From: Phallusia mammillata
Lineage: Eukaryota
Direction: 5' to 3'
Length of the DNA: 64,000 nucleotides
NCBI GenBank assembly: GCA_965637545.1
Contig: OZ281497.1
Coordinates: forward strand, 19,778,001-19,842,000
Made by a program: the position numbers and the translations under genes
The notes under the pieces: generated by a model
Seen by the model: only the letters and a program-made list of their open reading frames with translations
Told to the model about the DNA's origin: nothing
The model's database searches: none
In this document: positions 51,820 through 64,000 of the stretch, piece by piece
How the letters are laid out: every line of letters starts with the position of its first letter
Position numbering within the stretch: position 1 is the first letter of the stretch

Positions 51820-52784
51820 ATGTTGTCCTTTTTCCGCGCGTTGAAACACACGTCGGGTTTATTATCGTTCCATATAATTTCCTATTTGACAATGTACGTG
51901 CGTTTCGATGTGTATTTATTGCTCGGTTTCATGTATAATAGTTTTTGAATGGGCCATGTTCACGGTATGTGTACCTTACGTGTGATTTAAACAGATGAGA
52001 AGTGTTTGTTTTCTGGGTGGGTGCGCTTTGTATTCACGATCAACGGTACATCTCATCGTTTGGTACAAGTTTGGTTCAGAAATAAAAAAGGACATACAAC
52101 ACAAAGCAATCCACAATTGCACATTCATATTTACACAACACATAAAGTAGGGATAACAAACTCAAAAAATAGAGTTGCATTGAAAGACATGAAACTGTTG
52201 GTCGTTATTGATCCGTAGAAATGAAAAAGACAGCTGTGATATTCACACAGGATGCATGTTACAGTATCGAATCCCCCCCTAAAAAAGGTTAAACATGCAA
52301 AAAAAGAAATGAACTTGCCTGGAATATTAAAACTATACGTTTCTCACTAATACAGGTAAACAATCGAATCGTTAAGGTTGGCAAGAGAAAAAAGTTTAAA
52401 CAAAAAACGTCTTTACGATGCAAGAAAAGGTTTGGAAAACCGTTACGTCACTAAAACGTTGACGGTAAAATGGGGAATGCTGCGTCGTATAACGTTATAA
52501 CTTGGGCATGCGTTTGTGGCAGTCGGCGGCCGTCAATCAAACGGCAATAAACTCAGTGTGAGACCGTGACAGTGGAATGTCAACCACGCGCGATATTTCG
52601 CTTATCGCCAGTTGTTACCAAACGCAAGTTGTGTTTTACTTCATGTCGGATCACAAGCCGAGCGGGCAAATTCGCACCGAAGCGACGAAGCCAAATTGGG
52701 CATCGTTAACATAGTTTAGTCCCCTTGTACAACAGCAGCGGAGGTCGTGCCTTGTATATGTACGTGAAAGTGTTGAATTGGACC

Positions 52785-55700
52785 TTAACGCCGGAGCTCT
52801 ATCTTGTTGTTGAGCTGATCACATTTTCGGAAAAGGCGCTTGACATTGCGAAGCATATGCTTGCCGCTTGTGTACCACTCCTTCACAACGCTTTCCACGT
52901 TAACCATGAGTCTTCCGGTCATTGGGTCTTCATGTCCAATCACCAGGTATTCGTTGTCTGCATAACAGAGGCAATTTTTACACCAAGCTGTCTCACAACT
53001 TTGGAAATTACACTGATAAATGCTTTAAACTGGACTTAAAAGAAGCGTGCTAAAAGTGATCAAAGTTTGCTTTTTTAATCGTGTTCCAAAAACGTTGGAC
53101 ATCGACAAGTTAAAGAAGCAAAAACTAATCTAAAATTTTAATTGTAACCCGTAAAAATCTGACAATCCAAGCAATTATAGTTTGACATCACTTGCGACTG
53201 GGCAAACAATATTGTTATTGACCAGAAGAATTCAAAGGCCGACGTAGAATTTCCCGGTGACAAATGTCTCGTATTGACATAACCCCACTTAAAATCATCG
53301 GAATTTTCAACGCATGAAAGATGAGTAGACATGTTGACGGCGTTGTTTTCTGGATGAGCGACAGATCTATTTGTCGCATGAGCGAACGCTCAAAGAGTAA
53401 TTGCCCGTTTTGAAATCAAAACAAGTTACCTCATATTGATCACGAGAAAGGCATATGACAGCTGTGCCTCGGTGAATAACATGTTTACCCACAAAAATAT
53501 CAGGAGATTGGTTAATGGTCTTTGACACCATGAGTTATTTTTAAAGTAATTGGTTTGAAAGACTTCTTCCAAAATGGCAGAGATTTGTGACTGAACAATC
53601 GATTAAAGTTCGCTGGCCTGGGTCGTTTTGCGTACTTCCTCTTTATGGGTTATATTTGCAGGCAAATCTTGTTTTTAATGGCGGGGTTTTACTTGAAATT
53701 ACGCATTACCAACCGAAACCAAACTAAAAACAATTGACCGTGTTGGATACAGAAACTTTTTGAACTTACTGGGTTTAAGAACTGGACAAGTGCAACCCAT
53801 GATGGTCCACGACTCCGGATACAAGGTAGCTTTTCCCCGTCGAATTTCGACGCTGTTCCGCTTGATCACTCTTCGCACAGCCACGGAAAGGAAAGTATAC
53901 GTCATCATGTCATGTGCCCCCTTGATGCGAACCCTTACGGCTGAACAAGAAAAGGTGTTGGAATAAGAACCGACATTTTGTTTTTTCTAGGGTCGAAGTT
54001 TGTTCTTCTTTTACGATAGCAAACTCCTGAATTTTATCATGGAATCACAGATATAAATCCTGGCAAATTGGTTCTGGGAATCGTTCCCTGTTCTATCGTC
54101 ATTATTGCATCGAATTCCACCCTTCATTATAATTATCACAAGTTTGGGAAATGTTTATTTCCAGGTTAAAATCAGTTGACAATGTTAAAAAGAACAAATT
54201 AATCTCGCTAAAAAGCATCTTCAGTGTCTTATTCAAATAGAATCTGGGAATCACAGATAGCACAGAATTTTTAAACTTTGGTTAGTCTGAAAAATACACT
54301 ATTATGGCTACAATACTTTTATCCAACTTTTTTTTGAAATGGTAAAGTTTTGTACAACAAAGCTATTTCCTCTCTATCCACATGACCTGGCGTGGTCTGA
54401 GAGCATAATATTTGCCTTCGCTAGTCGACAAACTATTAGAAATTCCCCGAACCGAGGGTGATGTTTACAGACCCAGCGTACGTTAGCCGCTGTGACGTAG
54501 GCGCTTGTCAAAATCCGCAGTAATCCCGTTTTCGAAAACGAAATGAAGCAAACCTAAAAGACGCGCAGATTGACCGTCAGGCTTTTGCTGCCTTACAAGT
54601 GCTGAAGACAGATCAACGCTAAAACCCTTAACCCGTCGCGCGACCATGAAATCACAGTGTTCGGGGCCGCAAATTACGGCTCGGCTTACCGTAATCGTAT
54701 TTTCGCCTGCAAAAGCTTGCGGTGTCGTCGATTTCTCGCTGCTTGCAATCGCACGCATCTGCAAAGTAAAGGTTGGTGTTGGGTTCACATTGAAAACTGT
54801 TATCTCCTTGTGGTAAACGTGTTTGTGGTTCTTGCAGCACGACTTATCAACCACAAAAATCTTGATAAATAGCTTATGATCAGAATAGAAGGCCTTAGTG
54901 TTCAACCTCATGTTTTCTGTACAGCAGAGATCACAAAACATGGTGATGAACAGATTGGTGGTTGAGCATAAAGGATTTTTTTCACACTTGCCAAACCTTT
55001 TACATCTCGATTTTAATGAAACATAACATGCATATCACCCAGCGATATACGTATCGTTTCACACCCAGCGACGCAGTTTGTGTTCGACGCAAAGCTATGT
55101 TGTCAAAGCGAAGCAAATTCGCTCCATATCAGGCCAAATTAAATTTTTCATTCGTCACGTGATACATCCTTAAGTCACAAATCGCTTCGTCAAAGCCAAC
55201 GTCTTACTCACTGCTGCTGATGACACACAAGTTCTTTATAGCGGCAGCCAAGCGGCCACGATCCAATATTTGTAAATCTATCAGCACTATCCACAAACGA
55301 GCTTCAGCGGTTGGCGTAAACCCACACGTATAAGTCCACCGGATTACGTCATTTTGTGTGGGCGAACTGCTTGGTTTTGTTACATGTTGTGGGGAGATTT
55401 ATGGAAGAGTGCCATTTCGCACCCGTGACTTGCAGTTGTGTGGTTAGTGGTTACGACCGAAACTTTCCGCTGTGAGCAAGTGTCGCCCAGAGAAACAAAG
55501 TATGTACATATTAAGCCTGTATCGATATGTATGCAGTCGTATCGACGTGAGAATATCGTTTTCATGTATAAATCTCGTACCCAATGGACAATTCCTCCAA
55601 AACATTATGCTTCATCACAAAAAACTGGTTACAATAGCCTTTATAAGGACATGTGTAGCAAATTAGATGGCATATAATTTATTCTAAGAATCGTTGGAAC

Positions 55701-58700
55701 TTATTTAAATGTACTTTGTCAAATTGGAATCGCTTTCTTTGGAAATTGTTTTAGTCGTGCAAAAAGCAATATCCGTGCTTATTACTTAAAAAAAACACTT
55801 CTGTCTTACTTGGATTTTTCCAGTTGTAGGCCGACGAGTGAGCACGCGCCTCATTTTCGTCCTCGTATCGCCGCACCACCACGCTGTCCCGATAACTCGA
55901 AGCCATCCTGTCTTCGTCAGGGTAATTTGGCTTCACACTCCATTCCCTGAACGATCATCATCCATAATAACATGAATTCGAGGTAATGCATTGAAATGAA
56001 ACTAAGTCGAGAAAAGTACCTGTCTTGTTCGTCCAAGTAAGGATAATTGTAAATCGGATATATGATTTCGTCTGTTACAAACGTAAGTTCGCAAGCTCCA
56101 GATATCTGTACAGTAAATAAATACAACGCCTGATGTGAAGTAGTAGAATAACGTTAATAGCTCTACGTATGTCACATGATAATTTAGAGATGACAGACAC
56201 GGTCACGCCAGTGAAAGTCTTGTAAAGAAATCACAACACAGGGCAGGTTGGGCGAAAACCTTAATCCGAACCGGCACAGTTAGCCGTGGGAGTGTCGGGT
56301 CATACACGATTTAACCACAATGACAGCAAATATACGTCATATCTATGGAACGAGGAATACAAATCTCTGTATATACGTACAGAGTCGCAGTGTTCACACA
56401 GACACTCCGTGCACCCGGAAGAGCTGAATCCCCAGTGACCAGCGAGACAACTTCCACATCTCCTGCCTCCAACACCGGGCTTGCACTGACACTTGCCAGT
56501 GTAGTAGTCGCACGGCAGGCGACCCGTGACACTGTCAGCTTCGCCTTGGGTGCCAACAGGATCGCACAAACATTCTGAATAATTGAAACGGGAGTCAAGT
56601 TTACTCCTGCATATTTCATGGTGATTTTATGGACCTAACGCGTATTGTGTTCGACACTATACACATAGCTTGTGGATAATTCAATTAGGTGGTTTTTCAA
56701 CATTCTTTGGGACCACTGACAAATGACAAACTATTTTGTGTTTAGGAAGTTTAAAGGGTGAGATTGTTTTTGGAAACAAATAAGTTCAAAATAAGGATAT
56801 AACATGAGACGAGATTTTTACTCGGCAAAAACAATTGATTTGCGACTCTTTTAACAGTCTCTCACGGTGGCTTACAATATGTAAGAAATCAAAGTTATGC
56901 ATAATTGTGCGCAGTTCGCAGTGATTTAAAGTGGAGAAAATACGATGTCCATCCAATATAATAAATGCATCTGGTAATTACCAACCCTGACAAACGTCTT
57001 GATCCGAGAGGACCGAGTCCATTCTGCGGAAAAATCCAGCTTTGCATCCGTCGCAGTTTCTTCCCTCCGTGTTGTGCTGACATCCTTGGCAAACTCCTCC
57101 ACTCACGTTCCCGCTCGCCGACCACAACTCGTGATCAAATGTGCAATTGTTGGCATGACCATGGCAACTGCATCCTGCAGTGGGAACGAATTTTATAAAT
57201 CTTTTTTTTTTCGTTTTTTTTTCTAAAGTGAATAATGGTCAGTCATTAAGGCTATGTAGAAGATTAGGAAAGTGTGTAAAGAAGCAAATACTTAGTGCTC
57301 AGGGTGCGAGAAAGCGATGTAGAGTTGGAGAACCTACTTTTGCATGGGTTTGCAGCACCCGTGTCTCCATTTCCAGGTCTCCACGGAGCGTCGTTGTAAA
57401 GCGGTAGGCACTCGTCACAATGATCTCCCGCAGTGTTGTGCTCACAAATGCACTTTCCATGCACCTGTAGTCACACACGCGTTTAGATAGAGACCACAAG
57501 CGGTAATCACTGTCATTATAATCATACAACGTAAAATATGTTGCATTTGTGGTCGATACCAGATGGTGTTTCTGCTTTAGGGCAAGCCCGTACTTTGTTT
57601 TTGAGTGAAGCTGGATAACAGTAAAGGCCATTAGGCAAGTGTTACGCGGTATTAGCGGTTTAGAATGAGACAAGGATCATCTGTGCCTGTATGCATTCTT
57701 ATGACGCTCTACCTTTATGTTTTTTTGACTTGCGCGAGCTCATATTACCAGGTGTCAATCAACCGAAACCTGAAACAGTGTAATCCCCGATTAGGCGCGG
57801 AAACCAATTGCACCAAACCAGTTTGGGCTTCACTTTAAAGTTCGCTTGCGACAAAACACCCTTACTACTATTGTACTGAAAGTGTTTGAACTTAACAGTA
57901 TTGGACCCTCCAACAGGCAGCATGGCCATCGACGAACAATGATTGGAAAATTTTTCCAGTAACGAAATCAGTCGACAAATATCGTGGAATATATATTCCA
58001 CCTAATGGCTTTTTTAGTTCCTTATTCAAATAGAATCGTATTGAAATGACTTGCCCTAATCCAAGATTTGGGACCTTTGTCAGCACAGAATCCCGCCCAC
58101 GAACTATTATCCATCCGTAAGTGTCGGTACTTGATGAAATTTCCCGTCATTTGTGCACCCGTGTGTCGTGTCATCGACATTGAAATAAAATCGTCGCTTG
58201 GCTTAGCACAAATCCCATTGAGTCGCGCGAACAAATAAACAATTGACATTGGCGCATGCGCACTTGCCGTCAGTCAAACAACGGACATTGACAGATTTCC
58301 AAATATAATAATGACGTCATATGAAGAATGACGTTTGGCGACTGCATCAATAGATTATCGCACATCTCTGTCGATTGGGAGATATGGATAAAAGCGTTAA
58401 TGGACTTTTCAACACAAAATGACTTCCATTGTATTACGAAGCGACAAATAACGGCTATGGTTTAGGCGGGCGTCAAGGAAGATTTCACTATAATTTCTTG
58501 AAAGTTTTCAAAACATAACACGAACATAATTAAAGGGGAATATTAATAAACAGCACGACCTATCGACGGGTCTATATTGCGATAAAGATAGAAATCCATT
58601 ACGTAAGTGATACGATATTTGATGGCTTTATCTATATTTATGCCTCAGCCATCTCTGAGTTTAATTTCGCGTTTCGAAAAGTAGATACTGGCAACAATAC

Positions 58701-61700
58701 ACGATGCAGTTTGTTTTATTTATGAGTTAAAATATCCGTTTGCCGAAATTCTACGTTTTTATGAAGGTTTACATTTCTTTAATCACACATTTTATTATCT
58801 GACTTTTTTTTTTATCAAGGTTACCATCAGGCTATGTTCGTTACAAAGCCAACTGAGTGTTAAACGGAATACTTTGTGTTATGTATAATTTAGGCTTGGC
58901 GAGTAAAATCGTTTCTACCTTTGTTTCTAAATTAGGTTAAACTGCAAGCAACAGTTTATCTTTTCAGCGAAAAGGGCATAGTTTAAATGGAAACCCTGTA
59001 AATTAACACAGGTGGGTCTTTGTGTGTTTAAACATGAATATATATGTTTCCATAATTGAATCTTACCACATCTTGTTCGTTATCGACGGGATCGCTTCCA
59101 TCGTCGTGCAAAGGCACACACGTGTCGGCGTGTCCATTGCAAAAACAAGTCCCTCGTACGATCAGGTCGTAGATTGCGAAGGGTGCCAAATTCTTAGGAG
59201 TTATATCCAGGTCCACTTGGTCCCTCCTTGACGAATACTCGGTCGTGCGACTGGCGTTCACACAATGTGGGCATGTTTGCGGTAACCACATCCTGATCCG
59301 CAGGTTGGTGATTTTTAGAAGATGCCGCGCCTCTGCACTGTAGGGGTCGTCGATGGGGGATAGAGGATTAAGGACGCGATAGGTGACCTGGGCAAAAGAA
59401 ATGAAGTTTTCAGAGGCCCATTCGATGATCGATGTCTGACAGATTTGCAAAATTGCCAAACGGCCAGTGCCCAGATAACATCGCAAAGGGACAAAGATCC
59501 TACAGCGATCCCGTTAAAGTGTTGTGGGCTAACGCTGCTGATGTAGAAGATGCGAGAAAGATTAGAATGTTGTTGTTTTTGATGCGGATGTCAACGAGTG
59601 TTGACGATGTTTTGCCCTTGAAGCAAGCAAGTATGGGCCAATATGTGGCTCGATGTTGCGATTTGCCCTTTTTTGGTGTATTGGATTTATTAAGCCAAAC
59701 CAGCGATTCCCGATTTTTTTAATCTTTTTCACAACGGTTCCCACATATTTTTGCATTTTTGCAATTTGAACTATGAATTTTCTATCGCCCTAGTAGAAAG
59801 TTCCACGCTTTTAAGTAACGTCTTAACTCGAATTGTAGCATTAATAGATTAGGAAAAAGGCTTTTCGGTGCCCCCTGAAAACCAGGACTGCTTCAACGAA
59901 AACTTGGACCCAATGGACTGCAGAACTTGGACCCAATGGACCACGTGAAGTATGTACTGATATAAACCCAAATATTTTAGCAGCCAATTTGGTGAATAGT
60001 AACTGTCATTGTGGTTTCCAGAGACATTGTGTTTGTTAGATCATTTCGCATAGTTTCGTTTACATATACACCGCAGCTTACACTAGAAACGACATGCTAA
60101 AACAATTGAGATCCCTGTTATATCCAATCTTCCCGGATTAATTCCACACACAGCAGTCACGATCTCCATTTGATACAACGTATAGTATACTCCCCTAAAC
60201 AATTACGTAATGCAGCGCAACACAACATGTGTAGTTCGCTGTTCCAGGATCGTGCGAAATCGTCCGATTTATTCGGCACTCCTTCACCAAGCAATGTAAC
60301 AGCGACCGGCTGAGGTTCGTAATGCTAAATGACGCCAAGCGCAAGGGAGAGTCGGCAGCCATTACATTACAACGGGGTCGATTCGGGCGACGGAAAAATG
60401 ACATTCGCTTTCGGGACAAAGAGGACCTTTGTGTCGGATCGACTGCGGGCGGACAAGCCGCCCCGAAATGCCGCGATTTTGGGTGAAAACAATGCCAAAG
60501 ATGGAAGTTTAAGCACGCGTCGATCGCCAATTGGAATGTGAGAGCGGGTAATGTTGGTTCAAGCTGTGACGCGCAAGTTTTGATGCGATTGTTTTCTTAC
60601 CGCAGCTATTTCGCAAACCGAGTTTGTAGCAACAAATTGCAAAACCGTGCTGTTCCGTTATGGGGAATTGGGGATGAATACAATTTAACGACGGATGTTT
60701 TGCCGCATCCTAACCACATGAACTTAAAAAAACTAGACAAAGACCCAAACCGAATGCCCGCTCTTGAAAACTCCTGCAGAGTGTAGGCTACATTAGCAGT
60801 GAGAGTTGATGTACGCACACAGATTACGCAGCAATTACAATACACTATAGCGTATCTATAGATAAAAAAATGTCAGAAGGTTAAATTAATTTTACAAAGT
60901 ACACCATGCTTATTTTAAAGCCACGAAGCATATTTGTAATATCATTTGGGTTTTGTATTAATTAAAACTTTCCAAGGTGTGTTGCTACATTGCTATGGTC
61001 GTACAATACGTTCAAACAATAAAAAATACAGGTAAAAAAGCACTTTATCGTCAAATAGGAGATCAAGCGTTGTGTTTTGAAAATGAACGTTTTGGTGTAA
61101 TTGTGTGTGTATATCAGTCAAGGTGTTGACGGTTCACGTGTAGCGGTATTTGCGTTAATCTGCTGTCTCAACTACGCAACGCTCGATAAGGTGATAAGGT
61201 GTTTTCACAACCACGGCTTAGCGCTTAAGTGCTGATCATGTAAACATTGCCGAATTTGGTTAGCAACAAATCCAAGCTCCTGAGAAAAACGTTTGCAGTT
61301 TTGTTAGTAACTGGTTACTTCGTTTCAAAATTAATTATTTAAAACATTTTTATGAATCTATATTTTTCTAATTTACTTATTGACGAATGGAAATATCAGC
61401 GACCTGAGGTGCTAGAAAAACGCATTTATAGCCCGTCTTGCTGGCCTAACCGTATAGGCAGAAATAAAAAAGTTTATTTTCTATTGATTTTTAGGACATT
61501 CGCCCTGGTAGGCCGCACAAAGTTCAACCAGCTACTTCGTTCGAATGCCAAAAGTGACAACCTATTGTTTGTTTATTGCGGCAATGAGGCACTCGACATT
61601 CCGCGAAAGAAACTGGCGCGCTCCACCTACCTCGCCCTTCGTGCAGGGCAATGGATCGGAATAACGGGACGTGCACAAAGCTTCGTCCACATCCACATCG

Positions 61701-62324
61701 TCCAACATGCCGAACACTTCCAAACAGTTTTGTGCATACCGTTGATAAACCTGAATAAAACAGAAAATGTTTTGGGCCATTTGAGTGGTTTTGCTTGCAA
61801 GTAAAACCAATTACAAAATTTGAAAAGCTGCGTTTAATGCACTATTTGTTTATCTTATAGGACAAACGTTGATACTTGCAGAGCAACCAGCATCCTTCAG
61901 TCAAAACTTTTTACCTTCCATGTTCGTCCAAAGTCGCTGGATTTTTCAAGCGTCATGGCCCCAGGTCGGGGACTCCGGAATTGCATGATTAAGTGGGTGA
62001 AGTAAAATGTCGTCTCCAGGTTAAACTGAAGTGTAACTTCCTGCTCGTTATTTGCAGCTTGCCACCATGTGTGTGAATGCAAGTACGTGGAATCTGTCAT
62101 GAACGAGCTCGGGTGCTCGTGACCTCGTTTGCCGGCCTTGCAGCGTCGGCAGACCGGCGGCGAACAATCCTGAGGGCCGGCTTCACAAAATTCCTCGCCG
62201 GCGTTTTGACCACATGTGCTGGACGCCAATATGCGGCGACCCGCGGCCAAGTTGCCCACGTCTCCATGGCAACTGTATCGTCCGCATTGTTGCGCGGCAA
62301 CGAGTGTCGTCACCGTGAAGCCTG
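52785..62324 (-). CDS. NTN4: Netrin-4 (laminin-beta-type LN domain + 3 LE repeats + NTR/C345C domain); start codon exon unresolved upstream of 62324
   Basis: Exons 62324-61915 ([55 protein letters not shown]), ~61750-61630, ~59391-59070, LE exons ~57465-56390, linker ~56107-55810, 54758-54690 ([21 protein letters not shown]), 53940-53770 ([24 protein letters not shown]), 52957-52785 ([27 protein letters not shown]). The [13 protein letters not shown] motif is characteristic of netrin-4. Confidence 0.93.
54228..54243 (-). other. Exact copy of the Ciona-type spliced-leader 16-mer ATTCTATTTGAATAAG (not followed by GT)
   Basis: Plus strand reads cttattcaaatagaat at 54228-54243; lies in the NTN4 intron 54689-53941, sense to NTN4. 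Confidence 0.9.
58021..58036 (-). other. Second exact copy of the spliced-leader 16-mer (followed by GA, not GT)
   Basis: Plus strand reads cttattcaaatagaat at 58021-58036; lies in the NTN4 intron between the LN/LE1 exon and the next LE exon. Confidence 0.9.
58248..58319. promoter_or_regulatory. Promoter-like motif cluster inside an NTN4 intron
   Basis: CCAAT on the minus strand (58248-58252), NRF1-type palindrome GCGCATGCGC (58252-58261) and CRE TGACGTCA (58312-58319), 215-285 bp upstream of the SL copy on the minus strand. Confidence 0.35.
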
Positions 62325-64000
62325 TGGAAAATCAATCATCCTGATTAGATGACAATAACGATTAAAGGAAAGTGCAAGTAGCCTTTGCTTACGTCACTTG
62401 CCTGAAACTGTACTTGTTTACGACCTTCTAGGTGCGCATTAACCCCAAAAGATTTGCTAAACCTCGTTGCCGACCTTTAGCCAACGTCAAACCCGATCTA
62501 CGTTACGTAATAATACACTGGTATTGGGTTCGGAAGCACCTTTTCCAAACAATGCAGCCATTGTCTATCGATTCTACGTGTTTACAAAGCAATGTTTGCC
62601 TGGAAACCCAGCGCTGACCCTGAGAATGGGGTCGTTTTGGGGGTTACGCTAGCTCACCCAACACCACGTAGGTGGAGTTGTGGCCTATCCGCCGATGGTA
62701 GAGGAAAGGGTAATTGGTTGGCTGCAGGCGGCAGGTGCGAGAAATTTAATGAGCTCCTGTTTACTGCGTAAGGCAGTCAGGCGCGTGGCACTCACGTTTG
62801 ACTTTTATGCGTCGTGATTGCGGGATCAACATAGAGTCATAGGTTCAAGCCGCCCTCACAGCAGGATTATGGTTTTGCTCGAAACACTTACACATTCAAC
62901 CGCCACAATCTACCGTTAAGTTAACTTAACATGCAGTATATACCTTATTTTTAAATATGACAGGACATACCAGAAAACAAATGGTGGCATACAAAGCACA
63001 AAAGCAAATCTTTAAAAGACATTAGGGTGTTGCTTACCAAAAATCCACAACAAGATTCTTGAGTATAAAGGCATCGGTTTTCCTGTCATATCATAAGAAG
63101 TGAAATTCGCGGCTAAAACCTTGCGACGTCGGTAGCATTAGGCTTACCTATACTAAACCCAAACTCGAAAGCCAAAAACCTGTTAATTTCTCTAAAACAT
63201 AACATTGCATTACTAAACTGCCAATAAAAAATCCTTTCACGCATGTTGTTTTCCTATTTGCGACTCACAAACAAACAAAACGCCAACTGAAATTTCATGT
63301 GGGCTATATGTTATATTCGTTTGCTATTTATGCTTTCGTAGGTATTTCCCAGCAAGACAAACTCATAACTACCTTTGACATTTTGCGGCAACAGCGCATA
63401 CATATCGTTGCTTACAAGTGCACGCAGCTCTAGCAAATATGTTCGTTCAAATTTCTGTGCATCTGTTTTTCGTCCAATACAAGTGTAGCAATCGCAAGCA
63501 AAATTGACTCTCTAGCACCCAATACTATTTAGCGGTACTATTTTGCGTCATTAAATTGTAATAAATAATTAGAAATTTATAGTATGTACGCATTTGGTTG
63601 ACAATATTGCACTACTTTAACAAATCAGATTTAGTGCTTGCATGTAGTACAAAAATTTTGCACAAGTTTGACGACAATTGGCAAAGACTTCGTGACGGAT
63701 TATTATTATTGATTTGAACAGACATCAGAAAACGTGTCGTCTTTATGTGTTAATAATCATTAATGTGTTAATATTCGGTTGCAATAACCGGAATATAGCG
63801 CGGGTTTGCAGTTTCGTATTAATAACTGCTGCCTATTTATACTTTTTGCCGCCGCGTTTATATCTACGTACGCTGTACCGGGTTAGTTGACTTCCGACTT
63901 ATGATTGTGAGGCCTATTGCTGTCAACAGGTTTGTTTTTGTAGTTTTTGTCACGTTTTCATTTGTCAAAACTTACCAAGTCGCTGTTTTTAAAGTAGGTG

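Noticed and set aside
54870-54941. [16 protein letters not shown] as a possible NTR-domain exon of NTN4
   Set aside because: The exon at 54758-54690 ([21 protein letters not shown]) fits the netrin-4 alignment and splice phases better; no compatible donor was found for this segment.
54228-58036. Calling the SL copies functional SL RNA genes
   Set aside because: Neither 16-mer is followed by the GT donor required for trans-splicing, and there is no tandem array.
59899-59942. Direct repeat aacttggacccaatggac x2 (similar short duplications at ~30640-30678 and ~10835-10910)
   Set aside because: Only two or three adjacent units without unique spacers; ordinary slippage duplications, not CRISPR-like.
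62838-62855. B-box-like ggttcaagcc suggesting a tRNA or SINE
   Set aside because: No A-box at suitable spacing and no cloverleaf.

Overview
Eukaryotic, intron-rich, gene-dense DNA with many ~60-500 bp introns, most consistent with an ascidian tunicate. That call rests on the intron style and two exact copies of the Ciona spliced-leader 16-mer; the species cannot be proven. Left to right: (1) a CNBD1/2-like cyclic-nucleotide-binding gene (-, runs off the left edge); (2) a tandem-duplication array with two apparently intact Fringe glycosyltransferase genes, a Fringe 3' remnant, pseudogenised fragments of the neighbouring orphan gene, a solo LTR and nested hAT MITEs; (3) a ~2200-aa low-complexity orphan gene (+) with a 4.4-kb exon; (4) eIF4B (-) with a triplicated exon motif and a GC-AG intron; (5) a compact Piccolo/Bassoon homologue (+) with one zinc finger that appears to stop before PDZ/C2; (6) Netrin-4 (-), two of whose introns carry a diverged repeat with a perfectly conserved spliced-leader sequence. 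Exon boundaries were inferred by eye from GT/AG signals and reading-frame continuity; identities are eye estimates and reference motifs are recalled, not searched.
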